Assembly (NCBI GenBank): GCA_965368975.1
Contig: CBDUPA010000017.1
Location: forward strand, 64,001-128,000
Source: an uncultured bacterium
Lineage (GTDB): Bacteria; Acidobacteriota; Thermoanaerobaculia; Multivoradales; JAHZIX01
Direction of reading: 5' to 3'
Length of the DNA: 64,000 nucleotides
In this document: piece by piece, positions 1 to 12,600 of the stretch
Numbering within the stretch: the stretch's first letter is position 1
How the letters are laid out: the number at the start of each line of letters is the position of its first letter
Position numbers and translations under genes: made by a program
The notes under the pieces: model-generated
What the model was told of the DNA's origin: nothing
Database searches by the model: none
The model's input: only the letters and a program-made list of their open reading frames with translations

Positions 1-1210
1 ACTCGGCCTCCTGAGACGCTTCCTGCGCGGACCCCTGGGCGCGCTGGTAGAGCACGCCCAGTCCGACAGTGCTGGCGGTCAGAGCCAGCAGGGCGAAGGC
101 CGCGACCAGCACGGCGGCACGGTTGCGGCGCACGAACTTGCCCACTTGGTAGAGGCGGCTGGGCGGCCCGACACTCACCGGCAGCGATCGCAAGTGCCGT
201 TTCAAGTCGGCGCTCAGGTGCGAGGCCGAGCCGTAGCGCCGGTCGCGGTCGCGGTGTACGGCTCGGCACAGGATCCAGTCGAGGTCACCATGCAACTTGC
301 GTTCGAGGGCGGCCGGTGTGGTCGAGCGGCTGGCGGCGAGGCGCTCGCGGTCCGGTCTGGGCAGCGCGGCGAACGTCGTGCAGGCACGCGGCAAGTCTTG
401 CTCGATGATCCTACGAATGACCCGCACCATGTTGCCTTGGTCTTGCTCGAGTGGCAGCACGCCGACGAGCAATTTGTACAGCATCATGCCGAGGGCGTAG
501 ACGTCGCTGCGAGTGTCCAGCGCTGCATCCAGCTCCTGTTCTGCATCGGCGGCGAGGATGGCTTCCGGGCTGAGGTAGAGGGGAGTACCCACGAGCCCCT
601 GGGTCAAGCCCTCGTTGTCGCTGAGCGGGGAGTCCAGGCCCTTGGCGATGCCGAAGTCGATGATCTTGGGCACCGCTTCGCCGTCGACCTCTTCGACCAG
701 GACATTGCCGGGTTTGAGGTCGCGGTGGATGATCGCCTTCTGGTGCGCGTGCTGGACCGCGTCACACACCTTGCGGAAGAGCTCCAGCCGCGTGTCGGTC
801 GGAAGCCGGTGCAGATCGCAGTAGTCGACGATCGAGGGGCCATCGATGTGCTCGAGGACCAGAAAGCTGTGTCCGTCCTCGGTGACGCCGGCACCATAGA
901 AGTGCGCGATCCCCGGGTGACTCATCCGGGCCAGAGCCTGGCACTCGGCCTGGAAGCGTTGCTCGCCGCGGGTCGTCTGGCGGCGGCGGTCGAGCAGCTT
1001 GAGGGCCACGCGACGCTGTACTGGACGTGTCTGCTCGGCCAGGTACACCGTGCCCATGCCACCGCTACCGAGGATCTCGACGATGCGATAGGGCCCGATC
1101 CGTCGCGGATGGTGCCCTTGCCACTGCACCTCGACCTCGCGACTGAAGTTGCCGGAGTCCGGGGTTGGGGGCGGAGCGGACCGATTGTCACGGGACTTGG
1201 GAGGTGCCAT
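1..1210 (-). CDS. Ser/Thr protein kinase (Hanks type) with transmembrane helix; runs off the window's left end
   Basis: Not in the ORF track because it is truncated. Translated by hand from ATG at 1210, which overlaps the upstream TAA as TAATG: MAPPKSRD...LGSGGMGTVY...VALK...HRDLKPGN...DFGIAK...GTPLYLSPE...DVYALG, then a hydrophobic AAVLVAAFALLAL segment. Confidence 0.92.
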   Translation of the reverse strand, partial: MAPPKSRDNRSAPPPTPDSGNFSREVEVQWQGHHPRRIGPYRIVEILGSGGMGTVYLAEQTRPVQRRVALKLLDRRRQTTRGEQRFQAECQALARMSHPGIAHFYGAGVTEDGHSFLVLEHIDGPSIVDYCDLHRLPTDTRLELFRKVCDAVQHAHQKAIIHRDLKPGNVLVEEVDGEAVPKIIDFGIAKGLDSPLSDNEGLTQGLVGTPLYLSPEAILAADAEQELDAALDTRSDVYALGMMLYKLLVGVLPLEQDQGNMVRVIRRIIEQDLPRACTTFAALPRPDRERLAASRSTTPAALERKLHGDLDWILCRAVHRDRDRRYGSASHLSADLKRHLRSLPVSVGPPSRLYQVGKFVRRNRAAVLVAAFALLALTASTVGLGVLYQRAQGSAQEASQEAE

Positions 1211-3486
1211 TACATCTTGGGGCGCTCGCGTCCCAGCTGCCAGAGGAGGTCTTCGTATTCGCTGAGGGTGGCGAGCCGCTCGGGGTGGTCTGGCGGCAAG
1301 CTGTCGCGCTGCGCCGCGAGGAGTCGTTCGTACACGTCCACGGCTTGCTCCCACTTTCGCGCTTGTGCGAGGACGAAAGCCAAGGCGTGCTCTACTGCCA
1401 GGGTGCGTGGATGCCTGGGGCCGAAGGCGTTGCTACGCGTTTGCAGGGCGGCGCGCAACAGGGGCTCGGCCTCATTGAAGCGTTGCTGGTTGATGTGCAG
1501 TGCGGCCAGGTTGAACTGGCTCTGGCTGGTCTTGACGTGGTTGGGGCCGAGCTGTGCCGAGCGGATGTCCAGCGAGCGCTGGCACGCTTCCAGCGCTTCC
1601 TCCGGTCGCTGCAGCCGTCCCAGCGCCTGGCAGGCCGCGGACAGTGCGTCACTGACCAGCAGGTGATCGGGACCATAGAGCTCGACTACCAAGTCACGCG
1701 CGCGCAGCAGGTGTCCGAGCGCCTCCTCTACTTCCCCCTGCGCGCCGCGCAGCGAACCCAGGCGCATCAGGTTGACCGCGTGGTAGCGTGGGTGGATCTC
1801 GGGGTGGAGGTCCTGGATTTGCAGCGCCTGCTGCAGGTAGTGCTCGGCCTGCTCCAGTTGGTTGCCGCTGCCGGTCAGCTCGACCAGTGTGCTCAGCGTT
1901 TCGACGACTTCGGGGTGCTCGTTGCCAAGCGCCTGGCGCTGTACTTCCAGAGCGCGCAACAAGAGTCGCTCGGCTTCTGGCTCCTGCCCTTGCCGGTAGC
2001 GCAGAGCCCCTAGGGCCCGCAGGACGGCGGCTTCCTGCGGACTGCCTTCGCCGTAGATGTTGCGCGACAGCGTGAGGGCCTCCTCGAGCATGGCGTCGGC
2101 CTCCTCGCTCAGCTGCAGCTGCGAGTAGGCACGGCCCATGGTCAGCAGCAGGCGCGCTCGGGCTTCCGGCTGATTCTCGAGCTGAAAGCGGATCTGCTCG
2201 GCACCGCGATCGAGCAGGCCGCGGATGGTGTCCCCTTGACGCCGAGCGGGGTCCGTCTGCCGGAGCAGGTCGTCGAGGAACGTCGAGACGGCTTCCGCGG
2301 TGGCAGCCTCGGCGCGCGCGCGCGCGGCTTCGGCGTTGGCGCGCTGGTTCTCACGCAAAATGCCGGCGGCGGCTGCGAGCAGCAGCAGCAAGACGAGCAC
2401 GGTGGCAGCGGTGGCCCAGCGGTGCCGGCGCAGCAGCTTGCCAAGGCGGTAGCGCAGGGATGGCGGACCGGCGAGGACGGGTTCGTCGCGTAGGTAGCGG
2501 CGCAGGTCGGCGGCCAAGTCGAGCGCCGACGAGTAGCGCTGCTCGCGATCAAGGTGGATCGCGCGGCTGATGATCCAGTCCAGGTCACCGTGTAGCCGCC
2601 GGCCCAGGGCTGCTGGCGACAATCCGCCGCGCAAGGACGCGAGCTCGACCTGCTGTTCTGGCGGCAGGCTGCTCAGCAAGCGGCTGGGAGCTGGGTGATG
2701 ACCGTTCAGAATCTTCTGCACCACGGTCACCATCTTGGTGCCCAGGTTCTCGAGCGGCTGCGCACCCACCAGCAGCTTGTAGAGCACCATGCCGAGGCCG
2801 TAGATGTCGACCCGCGTGTCCGGGACCATGTCCGCGCCCTCTGCCGCCAGGATCGTTTCCGGGCTGATGTAGAGCGGTGAACCCACCACGCCCTGGCTGC
2901 GTGTGGTGTCCGAAATGGGCTGGTCGAGGTGCTTGGCGATGCCGAAGTCGATGACCTTGGGCTGCGGTGCTGGGTCCGCTTCTTGCACCAAGATATTGGA
3001 CGGCTTCAGGTCGCGATGGATGAACGCCTTGTGGTGCGCATGCTGGACGGCCTCGCACACTTGGCAGAACAGTTCCAGCCGTGCCGCCAGTGGTAGTCGG
3101 TGCTGGTCGCAGTACTCGAGGATGTCGCAGCCGTCGATGTGCTCCATGACCAGGAAGCTTTGATCCTCCTGAGTCACACCCGCGGCATAGAGGTGGGCGA
3201 TGCCCGGGTGATTCATCTGGGCGAGCGCCTGGCACTCGGCCTGGAAACGCGACTCGGCGGGTGTTGCACGGAAGCGCTCGTCCAGCAGTTTGATGGCCAC
3301 GAGACGCTGGACCGGCTGCGTTTGCTCGCTCAGGTAGACAGTCCCGAAACCCCCAGTGCCCAGGACATCGAGAATGCGGTAATCACCGATCCATTCTGGG
3401 TGCCGTCCCCGCCACTGGATTGGCAGTTCGAGGCGGAAGTCGCCCGAAGCCGAAGTGGGGGCAGCTTTGCGAGGCCCAGCGATCAC
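1210..3486 (-). CDS. Ser/Thr protein kinase with transmembrane helix and C-terminal TPR repeats
   Basis: Motifs GTGGFGTVY, VAIK, HRDLKPSN, DFGIAK, SPE. TM segment WATAATVLVLLLLLAAAAGIL. TPR_12-like repeats (LGxxHPxV). Start placed at GTG 3486; the ORF is open to 3555. Confidence 0.93.
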   Translation of the reverse strand: MIAGPRKAAPTSASGDFRLELPIQWRGRHPEWIGDYRILDVLGTGGFGTVYLSEQTQPVQRLVAIKLLDERFRATPAESRFQAECQALAQMNHPGIAHLYAAGVTQEDQSFLVMEHIDGCDILEYCDQHRLPLAARLELFCQVCEAVQHAHHKAFIHRDLKPSNILVQEADPAPQPKVIDFGIAKHLDQPISDTTRSQGVVGSPLYISPETILAAEGADMVPDTRVDIYGLGMVLYKLLVGAQPLENLGTKMVTVVQKILNGHHPAPSRLLSSLPPEQQVELASLRGGLSPAALGRRLHGDLDWIISRAIHLDREQRYSSALDLAADLRRYLRDEPVLAGPPSLRYRLGKLLRRHRWATAATVLVLLLLLAAAAGILRENQRANAEAARARAEAATAEAVSTFLDDLLRQTDPARRQGDTIRGLLDRGAEQIRFQLENQPEARARLLLTMGRAYSQLQLSEEADAMLEEALTLSRNIYGEGSPQEAAVLRALGALRYRQGQEPEAERLLLRALEVQRQALGNEHPEVVETLSTLVELTGSGNQLEQAEHYLQQALQIQDLHPEIHPRYHAVNLMRLGSLRGAQGEVEEALGHLLRARDLVVELYGPDHLLVSDALSAACQALGRLQRPEEALEACQRSLDIRSAQLGPNHVKTSQSQFNLAALHINQQRFNEAEPLLRAALQTRSNAFGPRHPRTLAVEHALAFVLAQARKWEQAVDVYERLLAAQRDSLPPDHPERLATLSEYEDLLWQLGRERPKM

Positions 3487-3640
3487 TCGTTTTTCGTCCC
3501 GTGCGTAAATGATTGAAGATAAGTGAGGTATCGGAGCTTCTCCAACTATACACAAAATGCCACAGGCGCGAGGATGGCGGCTGTCGGTGTAGAATCATCG
3601 TGGTTCTTGGATCCACCGGCTCCGCCTCGACGACCTACCT

Positions 3641-6600
3641 GTGACTCAAAATTCGCGCACCCACCTGACCTCGCAGCAGCGCGCCCTGATGCGGCGCCTG
3701 CTCGCGCGCAAGGGCGTCGCCGCGCCAGCCGCCGATGCCCTGGCTGCCGGCGAGTTGGTGCCCCGCTCGCCGGAGGACGATCCGCCGCCGCTGTCGTTCG
3801 CCCAGCAGCGCATGTGGCTGCTCGACAGCCTGCAGCCGGGTAACCCCTTCTACAACATCCCCGACATCCTCTTCTTGGACGGCCCCCTGGAGCCGAGACG
3901 CTTGCACCGGGCCTTGCGCGGCGTGGTCGAGCGGCACGAGGTGCTGCGCACCGCCTATGCCTTGCCGCCCGACGCCGAGGCTACCGCGTCCGCGGCGTTG
4001 GGAGCATCTCCGGCAGCAGCAGCGCGGCCCCGCGAGCCCTGCCAGCTAGTACAAGCGCAGGTCGATCTGCCCTTGCCGCTGCTCGATCTGCGGGGTCTCG
4101 CCGCTGATCCCGAGCGACAGGCAGCCGAGGTCGAGCGCTTGGGTGAGGCCGAGGCGCGTCGCCCCTTACGCCTCGATCAGCCGCCGTCACTGCGCACCAC
4201 CCTGGTACGCTTGGAGCCGCACCGGCACGCCTTCTTCGTCGTGCTGCACCACATCGCCGCCGACGGCTGGTCGAAGTCGGTGCTGGCGGCCGAATTGGCC
4301 GCGCTCTACCGAGGGGCCGCCCTGCCACCCTTGCCGATCCAGTATGCCGACTTCGCGCTCTGGCAGCGGCGCTGGCTGGGGCAGGGCGAGCTGGAGCGGC
4401 AGCTGGCGTGGTGGCGCGGCCAGCTGGGCGAGGAGGCCGATGCCGGTGCCGTCACGGCGCTGGAACTGCCGACCGACCGTCCGCGGCCGCCCGAGTTCAG
4501 CCATCGTGGTGCCGGCCGGCCGCTGATCGTTCCGGCTGGACTGGTGAGTCGGCTTCGTGCTCTCGGCCGCGCGGGCACGGGTGACAAGGGCACTGGCCAG
4601 GGCTCCGGCGACGTGACTCTCTTCATGTTGCTGCTGGCCGGGCTGCAGGCGCTGTTGTACCGACTCTCGGGGCAGAGCGACATCGCCGTCGGTTCACCAG
4701 TGGCCAACCGCCGCCGCGCCGAACTGGAGGCGTTGATCGGGTTCTTTGCCAACACGCTGGTACTGCGCACCGACCTGCGCGGCGGTCCGTCGTTCCGGCA
4801 GCTACTGGAGCGCGTGCGGCACGTCACCCACGATGCCTTCGAGCACCAGGACCTGCCCTTCGAGCGCCTGGTCGAGGAGCTGCAGCCGGCGCGCGACCTC
4901 AGCCGTACGCCGCTGTTCCAGGTGTTGCTGGTGTTGCAGAACACGCCGCCGGCCAGTGCGATCGAGATGAGCGCCGAGGGAAGTCCGAGCGGTGAAGTCT
5001 CACCTGCAGGCGACGGTCCGCTGGTGCTGCAGCGTCGGCCGCTCGACACCGGCACCGCCAAATTCGATCTCACCGTCGACCTGGCATCTTCCGAGCCCGG
5101 TGCTGGGGACGTCGATGGAGCCCTGCTCGGCGGCATCGAGTACGCCACGGACCTGTTCGACGCCACCACCGTCGACCGCCTGGGCGCGCAGCTGGTGCGT
5201 CTACTGCAAGCCGCGGTGGCCCAGCCGGAGCATCCGATCTCGGCGCTGTCCCTGGTAACGCCGGCCGAGCGTCAGCAGTTGTGCGTCGAGTGGCAGCTGT
5301 TCGAGCGGGCAGGAAACGCGGCCGAGTCCACCAGCGACGTCTCGATCGCCGCGCCCGTGCTGCGCTGGGCCGCGCGCTCCCCAGACTTGATCGCCGTCAC
5401 GGCCGACCGGCATTTCCTCAGCTATGGCGAACTGGTGCGCCGCTCCGGGCACCTGGCGGCGGCGCTGCGGGCTCACGGGGTCGGCGTCGACGAGCAGGTG
5501 TGTATCGCGCAGGACCGCGTCTGCGGTTACCCGCTGGCGTTGCTCGGTGTGCTGCGCGCTGGGGCTGCTTGTGTGCCGCTTGACCTGACGTGGCCGGCGG
5601 CGCGGCACGAGATCCTGCTGGCCGAGGCCAAGCCACGGCTGGTCCTCGACGCGCCGACGCTGGCTCAACTTCTAGAAGAGGGGCTTCTAGAAGAGGGGCC
5701 TCTGCAGGGTCGTCTGCCGGCAGAGAGCGACCGGTTGGAGGCAGACGGGCCGCCATCGATCCAGGCCCTGGCCTACGTGCTCTACACCTCCGGCTCGACC
5801 GGCACGCCGAAGGGCGTGGCCATGCCGCATGGTCCTCTGCGCCACATGCTCGCCTGGCAGGTACGTGCCTCCGCCGCAGGTGCCAGCGCTGACACGGTAC
5901 GCTCTGAGCGCACGCTGCAATTCGCCTCGCCCGGCTTCGATGTCTCGTTCCAGGAGATCTTCTCGACCTGGTCCGCTGGCGGCACGCTGGTGATGGTGCG
6001 CGAAGCCGTGCGGCGCGACCCCGAAACGTTGCTCGACTTTCTCGCCGAGCGCCGGATCGGCCGGCTGTTCTTGCCCTTCGTAGCGCTGCAGGCGCTGGCG
6101 GAAGTGGCCGCGGCGCAGCGCGCGGGCCGCTGGCCAGCCTTGCGCGAAGTCATGGTCGCTGGCGAGCAACTGCGTGTCGGCCCAGCGCTGCGGACGTGGT
6201 TCGGCGACCTCCTGCGCGGCAAGCGGGCGGCTCGCCTGGCCAACCACTACGGCCCCACCGAGGCGCACGCGGTCAGTGCCGAGATCCTGCCGGCTGACGT
6301 CGAGACCTGGCCATCGCTGCCACTGGTCGGTCGGCCGGTGGCTGGGGCCGTGCTCTACGTGGTCGATCCGGACGCCGCCGTGCACGGCTGGCCCGGAGTG
6401 CTGTCGCCGATCGGTGTCCCGGGCGAGCTGTTGATCGGCGAAGTGACGGTTGGTGATGGCGCGCTGGCGCGCGGCTACCTCGACCGCCCGCGCTGGACCG
6501 CCGAACGCTTCGTGCCGGACGGAGCGGGGATCTTTGCGTGTGGCGCTGGGAAGTTACCGCATGGAGGCCGTCTCTATCGCAGCGGCGACCTGGCGCGCTA

Positions 6601-9600
6601 CCTGCCGGACGGGCGTCTCGAGTGCTTCGGCCGCCTGGACGCGCAGGTCAAGGTGCGCGGCTACCGTGTCGAGCCGGGCGAGGTCGAGACGGTGCTGGCG
6701 TCGCAGCCACAGGTGGTGCAGGCGGTGGTGGTGACCCGTCCCTCGGGGCGTGGAGTGCTGTTGGTGGCGTACGTCGTCATGGCGAAAGAGACGCCGACCG
6801 GGGAACCTCCTGCTTCTACCCGGGACCCCCATCTCGCGACCCTGCGCGACTCCCTGCGTGGCCAGCTGCCGGACTATATGGTGCCGGCGCACATCGTCGC
6901 CCTCGACGCGCTGCCCACCACCGGCAGCGGCAAGGTCGACCGCCGCGCGTTGCAGCGACTGAGCCTCGACGCCGTCACTGCCAACGCTGCTGCTGGCGGC
7001 GACGCCTCCGACGCGCCCTCGACGCCGGCCGAGATCCAGCTGGCCGAGATCTGGTGCGAGCTGCTGGGCGTGGCGCGGGTGGGGGTCGACGACGACTTCT
7101 TCGACCTGGGTGGGCACTCGCTGCTCGCCACCTGGCTGAGCGTGCGTGCGCGCGACGCCTTCGAGATCGAGCTGCCGGTGCGTGCCGTCTTCGAGCATCC
7201 ACGACTGGCCCAGCTGGCGGTCGAGATCGAGCGGCTGCGTCGTGACGGACAGGGCCTGAGTCCGCTGCCGCCGCTGCGTCCGCGCTCAGCCGCCACCCCG
7301 CCGGACGCGAGTCGTGGTCACCAGGATTGCCTCTACGAGGGGCCCGTCTCCTTCGCGCAGGAGCGCTTGTGGTTCCTGGAACAGCTGCGCGACGGCGACA
7401 CCGGCTACCGCCTGGCCAGCCGGCTACGCCTGCTCGGCGATCTCGACGCGCGGGCTCTGGCGACGGCGATCGACGGACTGGCCGCGCGCCACGAGACGCT
7501 GCGCACGGTGTTCGCCGATCACGACGGGGAGCCGATCCAGCGCGTGCTGCCGCCGCGCCGCGGAGCGCTGGCGCTGCCGTGCGTCGACCTCAGCGGCGTG
7601 GTGGATCGAGCGACCGAGACGCAGAGAACCAGCCTCCTCGGTCGCCTGACGGGTACCTTCCAGCGTCAACCCCTACCGCTCGACACGGGGCCGTTGCTGC
7701 GCCTGCTGCTGCTGCGCACTGGTGGTCGCGACGAGCACCTGCTGCTGTTCAATCTGCACCACATCATTTCCGACGGCTGGTCGATGAGCGTGATGTTCCG
7801 CGATGTCGGCGAGCTCTACGCCGCCGCCGTCGATGGCCGCGCGCCTCGGCTGCCGGTGCTCAGCGTGCAGTACGCCGACTTCGCCGCCTGGCAGCGCGGC
7901 TGGCTGGAGGGTGACCGTCTCGACGAGCAGCTGACCTACTGGCAGCAACGGCTGAGCGAACCGCGGCTTCCGCAGCCGCTGCGCCTGCCGCGCGACCGTC
8001 CGGTAGCGCCGGGGGCGGGACCGGGTCGTGGCGGCATGGTCACTGGCGCCCTGCCGCCGGAGCTGGCCCGGCAAGTCGAGACCTTCGCCCGCCGCCACGA
8101 TGTCACTCCCTTCATGGTGCTGCTGGCCGCCTTCGCCGTGCTGCTCGGACGCCTGGCCAACACCGACGACGTGCTCCTCGGCACGCCAGTCGCCAACCGT
8201 CGCTCGCGTGAGCTCGAGGGCCTGATCGGCTTTTTCATCAATCTGATCTCCCTGCGTCTCGAAGTGGCCCCTGCAACGACCTTCAAAGCCCTGCTCGCCC
8301 AGGTCCGGAGCGTCACCCTCGGTGCCTACGACCACCAGGACATCCCCTTCGAACGCCTGGTCGAGCTGGTGCAGCCGGACCGCCGCGATGGCGACGTACC
8401 GTTGGCGCAAGTTACCTTCCAGCTGCTCAACACGCCACGCGCCGAGGCTGCCGAACTGCCACGGCTGCGCATGGAGCAGCAGCCACTGGAAGTGCGCCGC
8501 GCCAAGCTCGACCTGGGACTGATGTTCGAAGGCCAGGGCGAGCACCTGGGCTGGCTGGCCGAGTACGACGCCGACCGCTTCGACCGCGCTTCCGTGGAGC
8601 ATTGGTTGGCGGCCTTCCAGGAGCTGCTGGCGTCGGCCCTGGCCGAGCCACGGCAGGTGGTCGACGACTTGCCAGCGCTCGACATCGTGCGTCGCCGCCA
8701 GCCCTCGGGCGTTGCCCCCGTGTTGCCATCGGCGCCGTCTCTCGTGCCGCCGATGGCACCCCCATCACTAGCACCCCCCGCCTTGGCCCCACCGTCCTTG
8801 GCGCCCCCAGAGCTGGCACCTCCCGAGCTGATCCCGCCGCCGGTCGCCAGTCCGCCGCCGCTGCACATGCCTGAAGAGCCCGAGACGCCCATCAAGCAGC
8901 CAGCCGAGGGGAACGACAGCGAGCCGGACGAGCCGCTGACCCTCTCGGATGCACCGATGTTGTTGCCCGCTGCCCGCAAGGCGCGCGGCGTGCCGCTGTC
9001 CTTCGCGCAGGAGCGACTGTGGTTCATCGACCGTCTCGAGCCCACGGCAGCGGCGGCCTACAACACGCCCGGGCGCATCTACCTCGAGGGCGTGGTGCAG
9101 CCGGCCGCCCTGCGGGTTGCCATCCACGCGCTGATCGCGCGGCACGAGAGCCTGCGCACCGTCTTCGTCGAGATCGAGGCACAGCCGCTCCAGCGTGTCG
9201 CGGCCGTGGCTTCGCCTCTGGGACAGCCACCGCTGCCGGTGGTCGATCTCGGCGGGTTGGCCGAGACGGATGGGGCCAAGCAAGCCGACGTCCTAACCGC
9301 CCGCGCCGCGACGCATCCCTTCGATCTCGCCCGCGGTCCGCTGCTGCAGATCTTCTTGCTGCGCTTGGCTGCAGGTCTTTCGGGAGAAAGTACGTCACCG
9401 CGCCACCAGCTCTACTTCAATCTGCACCACATCGTCACCGACGGCTGGTCGATGGAAATCTTGTTCCGCGAGATGGCGCGGCTCTACCAGGCTGCTGCCA
9501 CCGGGGGCACGGCCAGCCCGGCAAGCGGTCCTGCTCAGGTCCTCGCGCAAGAAGCCGGTCTGCCGCCGCTGCCGGTGCAGTATCCCGACTTCGCTGTCTG

Positions 9601-12600
9601 GCAGCGCGCCTGGCTCAGTGGCGATGAACTACAGCGGCAGATCGACTACTGGCGTCGCCAGCTGGCTGCCCGTGATGCCCAGGAAGGCAGTCCCCAGGAG
9701 GGCGGCGGTCTGGAGTGGACGCGGCTGCAGCTGCCCGAGGACCATCCGCCGCCGGCCGAGCCCCGCGCCGACCGCTGCGGGCGTCTGCCCGTGCGTCTAC
9801 CGCTGCCGCTGGTGCGCAGCCTCGACGGCTTCGCGCGCCGCCACGAGGCGACTCTGTTCATGACGCTGCTGGCCGGCTTCGCTCTGTTGCTGCACCGGCT
9901 CACCGGGCAACGGGATCTGACCGTCGGCACCCCGATCGCCAATCGCCGGCACGTCGACGTCGAGGGGCTGATCGGCTTCTTCGCCAACACGCTGGTATTG
10001 CGCGCCGATTTGACCGCCGGCACGGGCACGGGTTCTGGCGACCCAGGTTTTGGTCAGCTGGTCGACCGCCTGCGCCGCACCACGCTGGAAGCCTACGACC
10101 ACCAGGATCTGCCCTTCGCGCGCCTGGTCGAGGCACTGCAGCCGGAGCGGCAGCTGGGTCGCACACCGCTGTTCCAGGTCCTGTTCCAGTTGCACAAGGC
10201 ACAGCCGGTGACCGAGGCGCGCACGACCGAGGTGACGCTGGAACTCGAAACCCTCGACGCCGGCCTGGCCAAGTTCGACCTCGAATTGACCCTGAGCCAG
10301 ATCCAGGGACCGGTCGCCGGCACGCTGGTCTACAACGCTGACCGTTTCGACGCCACCACCGTGCGGCGCTGGATGGACGACTACCTGCGTCTGATGCGTG
10401 CAGCGGTGCGCGCCCCCGAACGGCCGGTGACCCGGCTCGACGTGCTGACCCCCAGCGCCAGCCAGCAGCTGGTGCGCGAGTGGGGAAGTGGTCCACTCAG
10501 CGACACATGGAGCGGCCCAGCGAGCCGCAACCAGCCGGAGCCTCTGCCCACCTTGCCGTGCCTCGTCTTCGAGCAAGCACGCCGCACGCCGCACGCGATC
10601 GCCGTCCAGGGTCGCCGGCACGCGCTCAGCTACGCCACGCTGACGGCGCGCGCCCGGCGGCTGGCGTCGGCGCTGCGACACACGCGCAACGACGAAGAGT
10701 CGATCATCGGGCTGTCGCTGCCTCGAGGTCCGCGTGCCTGCGTCGCGCTACTCGGCGTCCTCGATTCCGGCGCCGCCGTCTTGCCGATCGATCCGGCCTA
10801 TCCGCGGGAGCGCCGCGACCTGATGTTGCAGGACAGTGGCACCCGGCGAGTGCTCGATGGCGGCGCCGTCGACGAACTGCTCCAGCTGCCGGACGGCGCT
10901 GCAGAGCCCCAGGTGGCAACCCGAGCTTCCGTGCCCGAGCCGCACCCGCACCAGCTCTGCTACCTGCTGTACACGTCCGGCTCCACCGGCGTGCCCAAGG
11001 GCGTCGCCATGCGCCATGGCCTGATGGCGCAGGTGCTGGCCTGGGAACTGCGTCGCAATGCACCTGTGCCCCAGACCCCAGTACCCCAGACCCCAGTACC
11101 CCAGACCCCAGTACCCCAGACCTCTGTACCCCAGACGGGGCCGCACCGGACGCTCGCCTTCACACCGCTGTCCTTCGATGTTTCCTTCCAGGAGACCTTT
11201 GCCACCTGGGGTGCCGGCGGCACGCTGGTGCTGGTGGACGAAGACACCCGCCGTGATCCCCATTTGCTGCTGCGCCACCTTCTGCGGCAACGCGTGCAGC
11301 GCCTGTACCTGCCGTTCGTCGCCCTGCAGGCGCTGGCGGAAGCGTCCGCCGCGCCCGAGGCACCGCGGCCGGACGAGCTGGTCGAGCTGATCACCGCCGG
11401 TGAGCAACTGCGCATGACCCCGGCGCTCACCGCCTGGCTGCAGCGCCGACCCACGCTGCGCCTGCACAACCACTACGGGCCGACTGAGACCCACGCCATC
11501 AGTGCCTGGTCGCTCGGCCGCCGCCGCCCCGGGGAACTCGTCCGGGCACCAGCGCTGCCACCCATCGGTCGGCCGATCGACGGCGTGCGCGTCTACGTCG
11601 TCGACTCTCTGGCGCGTCCGCGTCCGATTGGCTGCGTCGGTGAGCTGTGGGCGGGTGCGGAGTTCGCGGACCACGGCTCGCCAGCGCGCGGCTACCACCG
11701 GCGCCCAGCCTTGACCGCCGCGCGCTTCGTGCCCGACCCGCTGATCCGCGAGCCGCACCGGCGGGGTGCGCGCGTCTACCGTACCGGCGATCTGGCGCGC
11801 TACCGGGCCGACGGTGAATTGGAGTTCTTGGGCCGTCGCGACACCCAGTTGAAAGTCCGCGGCTTCCGCGTCGAACCCGGTGAGGTCGAGGCGGCGCTCG
11901 AAGCGTTGGCCGGCGTCGGGCAAGCCGTGGTCGTCCCGCGTCAGGGAGCCGGGGGCGTGGCGCTGATCGCCTACGTCCTGGTTGCGGCAGAGCTCGTAGC
12001 TTCGGAGTCACCGCCCGACGCGGCCTCCCTGCGCGACACCCTACGTCGGCGTCTGCCGGACTACCTGGTACCGGCCGCTGTCCACGTCGTCGAGACGCTG
12101 CCCAAGACGCCCAGCGGCAAGGTCGATCGCCGGGCGCTGCGCCAGCGGGCGGCGGAACAGGAGGCCGTGGCGGTCGAGTTCGTGGCGCCGCACAGTGTCA
12201 CCGAAGAGCAGCTGGCGGCACTGTGGGCCGACCTCTTGCAGCGCCAGCAGGTCGGTGTGCGCGACCACTTCTTCGACATCGGCGGCCACTCGCTGCTCGC
12301 CACCACCCTGACCGCCCGCCTGCGCGATGTCTTTGGCGTCGAGGTGCCGGTGAAGGCCGTGTTCGAGCATCCGCACCTGGACGAACTGGCGGCCGAGATC
12401 GATCGCCTGCGCGCCACCGATTCCGCCCCCGTGCTGCCGCCCCTGGAGCCCGTGCCGCGCGACGCCCGTGGCTTGCCGCTCGAACCCTTGCCGGTGTCCT
12501 TCGCCCAGGAGCGCCTGTGGTTGACCGAGCGCCTGAGCGAAGACGCCGCCGGTGGCTACCGCCTGCCGGGCAAGCTGGAGTTGCTCGGTGACTTCCGGCC

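Noticed and set aside
146-2013. Long plus-strand ORFs (506 aa and 282 aa) over the kinases
   Set aside because: Antisense shadows of high-GC genes; the minus strand carries the kinase motifs.
11063-11137. Short tandem repeats as a possible CRISPR array (also 48777-48848)
   Set aside because: Units are contiguous 15- or 18-mers without spacers and in frame within proteins; no cas genes are present.
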